A stretch of DNA of 64,000 bases from an uncultured Verrucomicrobiae bacterium (lineage in GTDB: Bacteria > Verrucomicrobiota > Verrucomicrobiia > Chthoniobacterales > JAFAMB01): contig CAWAIK010000030.1 of assembly GCA_963782115.1 (NCBI GenBank), positions 152,249 to 216,248 on the forward strand, in the 5' to 3' direction. The translations under genes were made by a program, and so were the position numbers. Shown one piece after another: positions 29,159-40,000 of the stretch (position 1 is the stretch's first letter; every line of letters starts with the position of its first letter). A model generated the notes under the pieces. The model worked only from the letters and a program-made list of their open reading frames with translations. It made no database searches and was not told where the DNA came from.

Positions 29159-29659
29159 TCATTCCTCTTTCTGCGCCGTCGTCTTGGCGAATCCGCGCCA
29201 GTGAACAATTTTTTCTTCACGCACAGTGAACACGTGAACCCATTCGCCTTCATATTTTTTTTGGGCGGTGCGCGCGGTCGCACTTAACCACCCCAAAACG
29301 GTGACATGCTCGCCAGCCTCGATAAATTCGCGCGCTTCGAACGCATGGAATTCTTCTGCGCGTTCGACCGCCGCAAAAAAATCCAACATCTGCTGCCGGT
29401 TTCGACGCCGCCCGGCGTAGGGCAAGATTGAGGGATCGATGAAGTCCCAATCGACGTCTTCGCCGACCAATTCCAAAAGCGCGGGGATGTCCTGCCGGCG
29501 AAAAGCCGCATAAGCCTTTTGGACAACACTGAGCGCCGTCTCCACGTAAACTCCTTGTCTCTGATCTTGGGAAACCTCCTCAAAACCTTCGGCTGTTACT
29601 ACCCGGCCTTCCTGCTGGTTCCTACAATATTCGATGTCGCAATGGTCAGCAACCCTCAC
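29159..29659 (-). CDS. SnoaL/NTF2-like (ketosteroid isomerase-like) protein
   Basis: The core ALSVVQKAYAAFRRQDIPALLELVGEDVDWDF...WVHVFTVREEKIVHWRGF fits the SnoaL-like fold. The true start is probably internal (non-ATG). Confidence 0.6.
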   Translation of the reverse strand: MRVADHCDIEYCRNQQEGRVVTAEGFEEVSQDQRQGVYVETALSVVQKAYAAFRRQDIPALLELVGEDVDWDFIDPSILPYAGRRRNRQQMLDFFAAVERAEEFHAFEAREFIEAGEHVTVLGWLSATARTAQKKYEGEWVHVFTVREEKIVHWRGFAKTTAQKEE

Positions 29660-29729
29660 CGGCGAAAGCCACCAAAGGAATCCTCACCGCGTGAATGGTT
29701 CCCGAATGGGCTGGCCGGTGCTGCACTGT

Positions 29730-30641
29730 CTACGGTTGAACGACGCTTTTTTGAGAGGGTGCCTCCGCGCGCTCTACCTCCTGCGTCAACGCCACAGATA
29801 CAGTTTGACCGATCCTTAGAGAAACGGGTGTCGTGCCTGATGGTTCGATCCGGACCGGGAATCGCTGTGGAAGACGAACCCAGTCCACGGTCTGGCTGAT
29901 CGATGGCAACAAGCCCGTGGCATCACTGCCTGATCCATCCTGAACGTAGATGCCCCAGCCGATGCTTCGGACCACTCCTTGAAACGGCTCTTTGGTTCCC
30001 ATAATCGCTAAGTTGGCTTTCTGGCCGACCTGGATATGCGGCAATTGAGTTTCTTTGAAATAAGCGGCGATCCAGAACGAATTCGCATCCACAACCGCCG
30101 TCAACTGTTTGCCGGCCGTAACGTAAGTGCCCTCGCTGGTGTTCCAATTGGTGACGTATCCATTCACGGGAGCAAAGACTTTTGTGTAGCTGAGGTTCAA
30201 TCGAGCAAGTTCCAGATTTGCCTTTGCGGAGACTAACTGAGCCTGTGCGGCCGAGAAGTTGTCCTGAGCATTCTGAAAATCCTGTTCGGCAACTACGTGA
30301 TTCTTATAGAGCTCGGATTGACGGTCGAGATCTTGCTTCCGCTGCTTCAGGTTCGCTTCACTGTTCAGAACCTGTCCGGCGGAAACGTTAAGCTGAGCAT
30401 TGAAATCAGTCGGGTCGATTTCAAACAACAAGTCTCCCACCCTGACCTGCTGATTATCATGGACCGCAACGTGAATGATGGGACCGGAAACGCGGGGGGC
30501 AATTCCGACGACGTTCGCCCGAACCTGGGAATCCCGCGTCCACGGATTGTACAGGTAGCGCTGATAAAGAACCCAAGCAGCCCAGCCTGCCAGGCAAACG
30601 ATGACCAGAGTGATCAAAAAATTGAATACGCGCGCCTTCAT
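29730..30641 (-). CDS. HlyD-family periplasmic adaptor (AaeA-like efflux subunit)
   Basis: 303 aa with an N-terminal TM, biotinyl-lipoyl-like VSGPIIHVAVHDNQQVRVGDLLFEID, a coiled coil and a beta-barrel. Confidence 0.85.
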   Translation of the reverse strand: MKARVFNFLITLVIVCLAGWAAWVLYQRYLYNPWTRDSQVRANVVGIAPRVSGPIIHVAVHDNQQVRVGDLLFEIDPTDFNAQLNVSAGQVLNSEANLKQRKQDLDRQSELYKNHVVAEQDFQNAQDNFSAAQAQLVSAKANLELARLNLSYTKVFAPVNGYVTNWNTSEGTYVTAGKQLTAVVDANSFWIAAYFKETQLPHIQVGQKANLAIMGTKEPFQGVVRSIGWGIYVQDGSGSDATGLLPSISQTVDWVRLPQRFPVRIEPSGTTPVSLRIGQTVSVALTQEVERAEAPSQKSVVQP

Positions 30642-30871
30642 GGAAAGCAGACAAATCCGATAATGCTAGTGAGCAAAATCACCAAGGCGAGGAAGAAAAG
30701 TGGAAGATGCCAGATATGCCGCGACAGGCCGGTGCGCTCCAAGATGGCCACCACCAGCCAAGCCGCCAGAAAGCCCAGGGCCGAAATCACAAATATCCAT
30801 GGAATGAGCAGATCGAAGATCCAGAATTCCGGCCGATTCGCCACTCCGAAAACGCTCAAATAGTGGACCAC
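30638..30871 (-). CDS. DUF1656 (AaeX-like) small membrane protein
   Basis: 77 aa with two TM helices. It has a 4-nt overlap with the adaptor gene, mirroring the aaeX-aaeA arrangement. Confidence 0.65.
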   Translation of the reverse strand: MVHYLSVFGVANRPEFWIFDLLIPWIFVISALGFLAAWLVVAILERTGLSRHIWHLPLFFLALVILLTSIIGFVCFP

Positions 30872-31142
30872 GGCTCGGAAGCTAGCAGAATTCCTGTTCT
30901 ACGACAACGGGCTGTCTTTCAAGCAAGATTGGTCAGGCGTCTGACTCTCCAAGGGAAAAAATTCGGACTCAGCTGGCAGTGCTCCCTGTAGAAGCCGGGC
31001 AGGGCGGTGCGTCAAATCCGATCAAGCGATCGCCGAAGGTTGGAGGAATGCAGCAGCGTTATTCAAACTTTGCAACTCGACCGGTATATGGCCGATTGCG
31101 CATTGGTAGCGAACGCGTTCACAAAGTCCGACGTCGTACAGA

Positions 31143-32498
31143 CTATTCGGGCAGTTGAAGCTCTTTTAATCGCCGGTGCAGTGTGCGCCGGCTGATCCCC
31201 AATTTTTTCGCGGCCTCGGTGCGATTGCCACCACTTTCATCCAATGCTCGCATGATCAGCCGGACTTCGTTGTCGTGAATATTGACAAGATCCTGGGTTC
31301 CACCTTCGCGGAGAGCGAGACTGCCTGATGCTCCCCGCACTGTCACGGGCAGATCCCTGACGGTAATCTGGTTTCCGCTTGCCAAGGTGACGCCTGAATC
31401 AATCGCACCTTTCAATTCCCGGACGTTTCCGGGCCAATCGTAGTCCAGCAGAGCCTCCATCGCTTCTGGAGATAACGGCCGGAAGGCCTTCCCGTCGCGC
31501 TCGCAGATTTCTTTCAGAAACGTATTGGCCAGCAGCGGAATATCTTCTTTGCGTTCACGAAGAGGAGGCACGCGTATTTGGACGACATTAAGCCGGTAAT
31601 ACAGGTCTTCCCGAAACTTCCCCTCACGGACGAGCGAAGCAAGATCCCGATTGGTTGCCGCGATCAAGCGCACATCCGAACGGATGCTTTGGTTGCCACC
31701 GACGCGTTCGAAGACTCCCGGGTCGAGGGCGCGCAACAACTTGACTTGGATATTGGAATCAATTTCACCGATCTCATCGAGAAAGAGAGTGCCGCCTGCC
31801 GCTTGTTCGAATCTGCCGATGCGTCGCTCCGACGCCCCGGTGAAGGCGCCTCGTTCATGACCGAAAAGCTCGCTTTCGATCAACTGCGGCGCGAACGCCG
31901 CGCAATTGAACGCGATAAAACGCGTCTTGTTGCGGTTGCTGAGATTATGCATCGCGTGCGCGATCAATTCTTTGCCCGTCCCGCTTTCACCCGCGAGGAG
32001 GACCGTGGCCCGACTCGGCGCCACTTGGTGAATCGTGTCAAAGATTTCATGCATCGCCCTGGATTCGCCGATAAGGCTTTCCAAACCGAAGCGTTTGTCT
32101 ACCTGCTGCCGAAGCTGAACATTTTCCTGCTCCGTCTGGCGGCCCTTGATCGCGCGCGCGATCTTGAGCCCGAGTTCATCGATGTTTATGGGTTTGGTAA
32201 CAAAGTCGTAGGCGCCGCGTTTCATGGCTTCGACGGCGGTGGCGATCGAGCCATAGGCGGTCATCAGCATGCAAATAGGCGGCCGTGGCCGGTGAAGGAT
32301 CTTTTCAATCAGCGCCATGCCATCTTCCCCGCCCAGCCGCAGGTCAGTGAGGACCAGATCGACATGGTCCGCAGTGAGGATGGTCAGGGCTTCGTCCACG
32401 TTGCCTGCGGTGTAGACGTCAAACTCTTCCTCGAGCGACTGACGTAGCCCTTCTCTTGAGGGCTTTTCATCGTCGACAATCAAAATCGTGCCTCGCAT
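31143..32498 (-). CDS. sigma-54-dependent response regulator (NtrC family)
   Basis: Receiver domain (ILIVDDE...DLVLTDLRL), AAA+ domain with GESGTGKE and GAFTGA, and a C-terminal Fis-type HTH. Confidence 0.93.
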   Translation of the reverse strand: MRGTILIVDDEKPSREGLRQSLEEEFDVYTAGNVDEALTILTADHVDLVLTDLRLGGEDGMALIEKILHRPRPPICMLMTAYGSIATAVEAMKRGAYDFVTKPINIDELGLKIARAIKGRQTEQENVQLRQQVDKRFGLESLIGESRAMHEIFDTIHQVAPSRATVLLAGESGTGKELIAHAMHNLSNRNKTRFIAFNCAAFAPQLIESELFGHERGAFTGASERRIGRFEQAAGGTLFLDEIGEIDSNIQVKLLRALDPGVFERVGGNQSIRSDVRLIAATNRDLASLVREGKFREDLYYRLNVVQIRVPPLRERKEDIPLLANTFLKEICERDGKAFRPLSPEAMEALLDYDWPGNVRELKGAIDSGVTLASGNQITVRDLPVTVRGASGSLALREGGTQDLVNIHDNEVRLIMRALDESGGNRTEAAKKLGISRRTLHRRLKELQLPE

Positions 32499-32503
32499 GC
32501 TCT

Positions 32504-33685
32504 TCAGCCGTCCGCTTGATCCTGCAACAACCGGATGCGCTTGTCTCCGAACGGAAGATGGATCGTCACTCGCACCCCTTTTCCTTCGTTGCTCTCGATT
32601 TCGATCTCGCCGCCGTGTTCCCGAACGATCCGGCGTACGATCAGCAATCCCAATCCGGATCCCGATGACTTGGTGGTGAAGTAGGGTTGATACAGCTTGC
32701 TCATTTGATCCTGCGGGATGCCGCCGCCCGTGTCATGGAAGGAGACGGAGACGTAAAGTTCACTCTGCCAGGATCGAATACGAAGAATACCGCCGGTTTT
32801 CATGGCCTGAAACGCGTTTTTAATCACGTTATAAAAGGCCTGCTTCATCTGGTCGCGATCGAACAGCAATCGCGGCAAAGTCGGGTCGAGATCCAGCTCG
32901 ACAATGATGTCACGATCGCGGATTTCCGGGCGCAAGAAGGCGACAGATTCCTCGAGAACCTCGTTCAGATCATGAGTTTCAAATTGTGGAGTCGAGGGAC
33001 GTATCGCTCGCAGGAACTGATGGACGATCGAGTCCAGCCGTTGGATTTCGCTTTTGGCGGTGGCGAGCAGTTCGCCGATCTCGTTCCGCAGCTCGGAAGG
33101 AGCCTTGCGCAATCTTCGTTCAATGAGCTGAAGATGGATGTTCAGGGAGTTAAGCGGGTTGCCGATTTCGTGCGCTACGCCGGCGGCCAATAACGTCAAC
33201 GCCGACAATCGTTCGCTCTCGATCGTCTGTTCCACCATCCGGCGATCCTCAGTGATATCGCGCAATATAATTGCATACCCGACCAAGTCCTGGCGCATTG
33301 CGTTCGAATCCTCTGCATCCTTGTGTAAATGCAGCGGCGCGACGTAGAAATTGAGGAACCTATGTTGCGGATAAAAGACTTCAATATCCCGGTTGACGGT
33401 CGTCTCGTTGGATCGGAGCGACATCCAATCAAGACCCCGAAGCTCTTCCTCCAGCGGCCGTCCAAAAGCCTCCTCTGGCTCCACTCCAAAAAGCTGCGCC
33501 GCCGCAGCGTTGATAAATTGGATCTTGCCCTGGATGTCGGTCACAATGACGCCTTCTTGCAATGCATCGAAAATCCGCTCCAGAAAACCTTTCTCGCGCG
33601 CCAGCCGGACAAGATAGTTTTGCACCTCTTCCGGTTGCACCCGCCGGATTCGCTCGATCAGCTTATCGATGAAACCTGATCTCAT
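32504..33685 (-). CDS. soluble PAS-domain sensor histidine kinase (NtrB-like)
   Basis: No TM helices. PAS domain, H-box AGVAHEIGNPLN, and N/G boxes including SGSGLGLLIVRRIV. Confidence 0.9.
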   Translation of the reverse strand: MRSGFIDKLIERIRRVQPEEVQNYLVRLAREKGFLERIFDALQEGVIVTDIQGKIQFINAAAAQLFGVEPEEAFGRPLEEELRGLDWMSLRSNETTVNRDIEVFYPQHRFLNFYVAPLHLHKDAEDSNAMRQDLVGYAIILRDITEDRRMVEQTIESERLSALTLLAAGVAHEIGNPLNSLNIHLQLIERRLRKAPSELRNEIGELLATAKSEIQRLDSIVHQFLRAIRPSTPQFETHDLNEVLEESVAFLRPEIRDRDIIVELDLDPTLPRLLFDRDQMKQAFYNVIKNAFQAMKTGGILRIRSWQSELYVSVSFHDTGGGIPQDQMSKLYQPYFTTKSSGSGLGLLIVRRIVREHGGEIEIESNEGKGVRVTIHLPFGDKRIRLLQDQADG

Positions 33686-34461
33686 CTGGGGATTGCGATG
33701 GCCGCTATTCTTTCCAAGGCAGAGTCAAAAAGCTCCGGCGGTACAAGAGTCGCCTCCTTTGCCAATTCGGGGTCGGGTTCCCAGGTTTGAGGCGGGAACG
33801 CTTTTTCGAATCGGCAGCCGAGAATGTCGAGTGTCCCGGTCCAATTGCTGCTCTCGATCCGGAGATGCCGCACCTGGAAATCACTCTGTCTGACAATCGC
33901 GCTTGCCGTCCAAATGTCGCACTTAAAGGCCTGCGCAAATTCTGGAGCGAGGCGAAAATCGAGCGTCCACGTTGGTGCGCCTGCAGCATCTGATGCGGAT
34001 TCAAACCGGAGAATCTGAAACAGAGCAGGAATCCACACGATCTGTTGGTCTTTCAGAGGCAGATGAAAATCTGGAATCCTGTTTTTTTTGTCGGGCCGTC
34101 GCCCGGTTGCAACGATGCCGGCCAAGAATTCATGGGGGTAAACCCACACCTTTTGCCCATTGCGGCAAAAGACAATTCGATGTTGCGGGTCAAGAGTCTC
34201 GATCCGGAGTTTGTCCGGTATTTGCAGAAAAAAACGAAGCGGATGGTTAAGGATTTCTGTGGCGGTAGGCGGACCTTCGCGCAGAACCACGTCCGCCTGC
34301 ATCGCTTTGGTTGCCGCCTTGGAATAAAACAGCGCTCCGTAGGGCTGCAGAACACGGGCCAGGACATCGTACTTGTTTTGCGCTTCAAGGGAGTGCGCGG
34401 CGAACAACAAACCAGCCGCGAGGATCGCAGACAAGAAACGCTGAGAAGCGAATTTTGGCAT
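33682..34461 (-). CDS. secreted hypothetical protein, LolA-like fold candidate
   Basis: Signal peptide MPKFASQRFLSAILAAGLLFAAHSLEAQ. It has a 4-nt overlap with the kinase gene start. The fold assignment is tentative. Confidence 0.45.
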   Translation of the reverse strand: MPKFASQRFLSAILAAGLLFAAHSLEAQNKYDVLARVLQPYGALFYSKAATKAMQADVVLREGPPTATEILNHPLRFFLQIPDKLRIETLDPQHRIVFCRNGQKVWVYPHEFLAGIVATGRRPDKKNRIPDFHLPLKDQQIVWIPALFQILRFESASDAAGAPTWTLDFRLAPEFAQAFKCDIWTASAIVRQSDFQVRHLRIESSNWTGTLDILGCRFEKAFPPQTWEPDPELAKEATLVPPELFDSALERIAAIAIPR

Positions 34462-34564
34462 GACGGGATACCTGTAAGGCGAAAACCGGGAATCTCAAGG
34501 ATCACCGGCGACCTGCCATCCTATAGATTGCCTTTACGGTTTCTCGCGCTAAACATACTATGCT

Positions 34565-35329
34565 GTGCCGGTGTTGACATCCTTGGTAGCAACTCAGTCT
34601 GGGGGGCTGGTGTACGCTTTTACGGAAGCGACCTTCGAAGGGAAACTCGTCTTAGCAGCGCTTTTCATCGCCTCGATCTTCAGTTGGTCGGTCATGGTCA
34701 CCAAAATCAGGGTCGTCCGGTTGGCAAAGGTCCAAAACGATCGGTTCCTTCATCTGTTTCGATCAGATCGGCAGCCACTGAAGATCTACGAGTCCACAGT
34801 GCGCTTTGACGGTTCTCCGCTATACTCCATTTATCGGGCCGGATGCAAAGAGCTGGCCTTTCATCTGCTCGGTTCGACGGAGGTTGATGACACTTTTTGG
34901 GCACGTTTGGAAATTGCTGAACGGATCACCCCTTCCCAAATGCGAGTGGTGACCACCGCCATGGAAAGAGCGGTCGGCGAATCGGCGTTGCGTCTCGAGT
35001 CCCAGATGATCTTGCTCGCCACGGCCGTTAGTGGCGCGCCATTTCTCGGACTGCTTGGAACCGTCTGGGGTGTTATGGACACCTTCTCCGGAGTGGCTCT
35101 TGCCGGCTCGGCGAATCTGCAGGCCATGGCCCCTGGTGTGTCCGGCGCCCTTATTACCACCGTCACCGGATTGCTCGTCGCAATCCCGGCGATGTTCGGA
35201 TATAACTTTCTGGTGACGAGCATTCGATCCTTGATTGTCCAGAATGACAATTTCGCGGCCGAACTTTCTTCGGAGTTCGAGCATAAGTACGTTAACCATT
35301 CCATCCGGCCGGTCCTCGTTAACAGATAG
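34565..35329 (+). CDS. MotA/TolQ/ExbB proton-channel family protein
   Basis: 254 aa with a GTG start and 3 TM helices. Conserved GAPFLGLLGTVWGVMDTF is present. Confidence 0.88.
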   Translation: MPVLTSLVATQSGGLVYAFTEATFEGKLVLAALFIASIFSWSVMVTKIRVVRLAKVQNDRFLHLFRSDRQPLKIYESTVRFDGSPLYSIYRAGCKELAFHLLGSTEVDDTFWARLEIAERITPSQMRVVTTAMERAVGESALRLESQMILLATAVSGAPFLGLLGTVWGVMDTFSGVALAGSANLQAMAPGVSGALITTVTGLLVAIPAMFGYNFLVTSIRSLIVQNDNFAAELSSEFEHKYVNHSIRPVLVNR

Positions 35330-35330
35330 C

Positions 35331-35747
35331 ATGCGTCGTTTTTCCGATCGACACACCTTGCAGACGCTTACGGAGATCAATGTGACTCCGCTGCTCGATC
35401 TTGCGTTTGTATTGCTGGTCATCTTTATCATCACCACTCCGTTGATGGAGAACAGCGTCAACCTCGTGGTGCCTACCAGCGGAGAGGCAACCCAGTCGGT
35501 CGATCCATCTCAGGTTCAAACGATTTCGATAGACAAAGATGATGTGATGCGAATCAACGACGAAATCGTTGATCCGGCGACGTTAGAATCCCGTCTGGTG
35601 GCGCTGCGTGCCGATAAACCAGATGCGGCAGTTGTCGTGCGTCCGCACAAGGAATTGCCGATCCAGAAGTTTATCGACGTGATGGATATCCTTCAGCGGG
35701 CGAAAATTTCGAGGGTGGGCGTCCTGACACGTCCAGATGAGCCGTGA
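35331..35747 (+). CDS. ExbD/TolR biopolymer transport protein
   Basis: The ATG at 35331 comes directly after the upstream stop. INVTPLLDLAFVLLVIFIITTP is present. Confidence 0.88.
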   Translation: MRRFSDRHTLQTLTEINVTPLLDLAFVLLVIFIITTPLMENSVNLVVPTSGEATQSVDPSQVQTISIDKDDVMRINDEIVDPATLESRLVALRADKPDAAVVVRPHKELPIQKFIDVMDILQRAKISRVGVLTRPDEP

Positions 35748-35750
35748 GGA

Positions 35751-36902
35751 ATGGCAGATTACCGCAGTGAAGATCTGGACGGAGGCTTCAAGAAAACCTT
35801 CGTCGCCATCGCAGTTGTCCACTTGATCCTGCTTGGTGGACTGCTGCTGCTCGCAAGCCTGTTCCAATCGAAGAAGAATAACGACGTCGTCGTGTGGATG
35901 AACCCCGGATCATTTGGCAGCGATTCCGCGGCCGGAGAATCGCAGGCCGCCTCTACCCACGAACCCGTCACGGCGCCGAGCGAACCAGTGCGACCGGAGA
36001 ACCAGGAGGAAACGCAACCGGAAGCACAACCGGAAAAAAACCAAGAAGAAGCACCACAGCCGACCCCTCCGTCCGTGCCCCCGACGCCACCGCCGGTACT
36101 CCAACAATCTGAGCTGCCGATTTCCACGCCCACACCGACTTCAACCCCGGCGGCAACTCCAACGGCGCGGCCAACGGTCGAACCGACTCCCAAACCAACA
36201 CCTAAACCGACGCCTAGAGCCACTCCAAGGCCGACACCTAAACCGTCACCCAAGCCAACTCCGAAAGCGACACCCAAACCGTCACCCGCACATTCAGCTA
36301 CGCCGAAATCCTCGCCTAAAAGCGAGGATGAGTTGAAAGAGAAGACGAAGGGGAAACAGAAAGAGAAGGAGAATGACGAGAGCGAGGACAAGGAAAAATC
36401 AAAGAGTGAAACGTCACCCAAGCCGAAATCATCCCCGGTGAAGGGGGAGAAAAATGAAAAACCGAATGCGTCGCCTGGTCCGAGTGCTCAAGAGGCCGAA
36501 GCCGAAGCTGGCAAGAACAAGAACAAGCAATCGCACGGGCAAGCCTCCAGTGAGCCTGGATCGCATTCACGCAGCGGAGGCGGGAAAGGGCCGGGTGACA
36601 ACGAAGGCAGCGGATCGGGAGATTCTGGGTTGGCGGGGTACGTAGGGATACTCACGAATCGATTCCAGGCAGCCTGGAACCAGCCGACCAGCGAGATGGC
36701 GCTTGGAAAAATGTTGAAAGTCACCGTGAAACTTAAGGTGCAAGCCGATGGAACGGTCACCGAATTCGACATCGTAGAAGGCTCCGGGAACGCGGTGGTG
36801 GATGATTCTGTTCGGGAAGCCGGCAAGAAAATTATCAAACTTCCACCACCACCGAATGGTCAGGCATTCTCGGCCCCGGTGCGATTCGAACTTGGGAATT
36901 GA
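35751..36902 (+). CDS. TonB/TolA-like energy transducer (TM anchor, Pro/Lys-rich spacer, TonB_C-like domain)
   Basis: N-terminal TM, a [35 protein letters not shown] spacer, a K/E-rich block, and C-terminal [31 protein letters not shown]. Confidence 0.75.
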   Translation: MADYRSEDLDGGFKKTFVAIAVVHLILLGGLLLLASLFQSKKNNDVVVWMNPGSFGSDSAAGESQAASTHEPVTAPSEPVRPENQEETQPEAQPEKNQEEAPQPTPPSVPPTPPPVLQQSELPISTPTPTSTPAATPTARPTVEPTPKPTPKPTPRATPRPTPKPSPKPTPKATPKPSPAHSATPKSSPKSEDELKEKTKGKQKEKENDESEDKEKSKSETSPKPKSSPVKGEKNEKPNASPGPSAQEAEAEAGKNKNKQSHGQASSEPGSHSRSGGGKGPGDNEGSGSGDSGLAGYVGILTNRFQAAWNQPTSEMALGKMLKVTVKLKVQADGTVTEFDIVEGSGNAVVDDSVREAGKKIIKLPPPPNGQAFSAPVRFELGN

Positions 36903-37060
36903 GGAAGGAGACGGGAGACAGGGTAAGTCTTTGTTCTCTATCCGAATACATGCTCTTCCTGACATTCTGGGCTTTGCTTGACGCGGCCTGACTTCTGACT
37001 TCTGTCTCCTTCTTCTGTTGCGAGTTCCCTGACGCTCTGCTTTAATGAGGTTTCACTAAA

Positions 37061-40000
37061 ATGGCGGACGCTGAGCGTTATCAGCATTACGAAGTTCTAA
37101 GGCGTGGCGATGGCAGTCTATGGGAATTAGGCAGGGGCGCCATGGGCATCACTTATAAGGCTTTCGACACGAATCTTCGTTGTCCAGTCGCCTTGAAGGT
37201 TATCAATAGCACCTACCTCAATAGCGACGTCGCCCGGCAGCGATTTCTCAGAGAGGCGCGCGCGGCCGCCGCGCTTCGTCATCAGAATGTTGCGTCGGTC
37301 TTTCATCTTGGAACCGATCACGAGAGCTATTTCTACGCGATGGAGTTCATCGATGGGGAAACCGTCGATGCATACATGAAGCGGACCGGACCGCTCAGGC
37401 CGCTCGAAGCGTTGGAAATCATGCTGCAGGTTTCTCGAGCACTTGCGGCGGCCGCAAAACAGCAGTTGGTCCATCGGGATCTTAAGCCGGCGAATCTTAT
37501 GCTGGTCGATGAAGAGGGCGAAAAGGTGGTGAAGGTCATCGATTTCGGGCTCGCCAAAAGCGCTAAGAGAGAGGGAGAAGATTCCGGTGCATTGACAGTT
37601 GGAGGAGGATTTGTTGGCACTCCCCATTTTGCGAGTCCCGAACAATTGGAAGAACGAGACATTGACATCCGTTCGGACATCTATTCGCTTGGAGCGACTC
37701 TCTATTACATGATCTCCGGACGACCGCCCTACTCCGGGTCGGTGGCGCAGATCATGAGTCAGCATCTTTACAAGCCTCTGCCCTTGGAACCGCTCGAAGG
37801 GTCGCCCTCGTGCGTAGTGCAACTGGTCCAGCGGATGATGGAAAAGGAACGCGCCAACCGGCCGCAAGCGGCGGCCGATCTGCGCCAGGAAATCGTTCGT
37901 TGTATCGAAGTGATACAGGCAAACGCAACAGCGACCAGTCACCCGCCACCTGCAACCAAGAGGCTTGCGGAACAGCCAGAGACACTGGCAACGGAAGCGT
38001 TTTCCACCGACAGGCCGGCTTCTTCCGAGACTCCAACCGTTCTTGCCCGGCGCTACCAGCTTACTCGAGACCTCGGCGACATCGCGCAGGGCCGGCGTTT
38101 CCTGGCCGACGATCTCCAACGGTGTCGCAAAGTTTTGCTCCTGTTGTTCAACCGAGAATTTTTAGCCGACACCAAACGATATACGGCCCTGGAACAAGAA
38201 GTCGACCAACTCCGCCGCGCGCCTCGGCAAGAGTTGCAGGAGATTTATTCTCTTGAAAGTGCCGGCCCACAAAGTTTTCTCGTCCAGGAGATCGTGGTTG
38301 GGCCCACTCTGGTGGAAATTCTCCGGATACGGAGCGCCCTAACTCCGCCGGAGGCACTCCTGGTGCTCAAGCTTCTCGCACCGGTAGCCGATCATGCGCA
38401 TGCGAACCGGCTCCAGCAAGTAGCTCTGACGGTTTCAGGCGTCCATCTGACCATGCCTGGTTTGACGGAACAACCGATCGATCCGGCGTTGCTGCAGAGG
38501 CCCCTAACGCAATGGAACCAGTTAGGCATCAAGGTTGAACCGGTAGATTTTTCGCTCTCCTCTTCCGATTCTGCAACGTGGGCCGGATCTGCGACGCTTG
38601 TCCAGAGCTCTGCCGGAGAAGGTCCGCGCGCCAGTTATCTCGGGATGCTGAGCCTTCTGGTTTACGAGCTGCTCGGCGGCCCAAGGAGCACTGTCGAGGC
38701 AACCGGCCGCTACACGCCGATCGCGGTTCTTTCCGAAGAAGGAAACACGGTTCTTCGCAGCGGTCTGACCGATGCGTTGCCTTCGGCGGTCGAAATGAGC
38801 AACCTGCTGGAAGGGCAAATTTTCAGCAAAGCAAGTGAACACGTTTTTGTACCGGGGGTGGTCTCGCCTCCATCCAGCATACGCTCTGGCGGCGTAGCGC
38901 CGTCGCCGTCCAAGACCTATGTCAGGCCGGTGGCCGCAGAGCCTCCATCTGCGCCTCCCTCCGGTGTACCACCGCCACTGCCGCCGGATTCTGAAAAGCG
39001 AAAGACTTCTGTACCAGGTTTGCTTTTGATTGTCGGGCTGGTGGTTCTGCTGCTTGGAGGTCTCGGGTGGGGTGGATACGAAGTTTACCAGTACTATGTG
39101 GGACAGCGGATTGCTCAATCGGGCGCGACGCACCCCACGCCTGTCATCAAAGTGATTCCGCGCCCCCAAGCGACGCCGACCCCGACCCCAAAGTTAACGC
39201 CGCTGCCAACCCCAAAGCCACTACCGACGCCAACTCCAACGCCGGAAGAACTAACGACTCCTACGCCGACCCCTGAAGCGAGCGTGAACCCTTCACCTAC
39301 ACCGGAGGAGAAAATAACCTCGCGGCCTACACCGGAGGAGAAAATAACCCCTAAACCGGAGGAGAGAATAACTCCGCGGCCTACACCGGAGGAGCGGGCT
39401 AATCCTACGCCGACCCCCGCTCCGCCGCTTGATGATTTCCAGGAAAAGCTTGGCGCGGCACAGGAACTTGGTAAATCGGGCGACTGGCAGGGTGCCTTAA
39501 AAGCCTACCTCGAGCTGATCGATAGATTTCCGGAAAGATCGATAGCACTGAAACGACTGGATAACTTGCTTGCTGAGTTGCACGGCACAGAGGGAAAGCC
39601 GGATGCCGCGGCTTACGCCGAGGCAAAACCAAACCTGGTTCGAGCGGCCGAAAAAGGAAGTGTCCCGGCAATGCTCATCATCGGCCAGTTCGCGCGCGAG
39701 AGCACCCCGCTTGAGGCGATGAAATGGTTCGAAATTGCGGCCGCGAAAGGAAATGCAGATGCCATGGTCGAGGCTGGTCTGTTGTACTCAAACCGGCGCC
39801 AGCCGGGCGATGATCGGAGGGCATTGGAATATTTTCTGCAGGCCTCGAATACCGGGGATCGCCGCGGCAAATATCTCGCAGGCGAATGTTATTATTTCGG
39901 CAAAGGGGTGCCCGCCGACCCGGCGAAAGCCGTTGGCTTCCTGCAAGAAGCGGCTGCGCTGCACGAACCAAGAGCGATGGATCTGCTAGGTACCCATTTT

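Noticed and set aside
31578-32447. 289-aa plus-strand ORF
   Set aside because: It is antisense to the NtrC-family regulator, which has unambiguous AAA+ motifs. Shadow ORF.
34045-34809. 254-aa plus-strand ORF spanning the divergent promoter region
   Set aside because: It overlaps the LolA-like gene antisense and runs out of frame into the TolQ-like gene. No motifs.
35759-36421. 220-aa minus-strand ORF rich in Gly/Val/Leu repeats
   Set aside because: It is the antisense reading of the Pro/Lys-rich TolA-like spacer. The low-complexity mirror image is not coding.
37127-38119. 330-aa minus-strand ORF
   Set aside because: It is antisense to the Ser/Thr kinase catalytic domain, which carries all the Hanks motifs. 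Shadow ORF.
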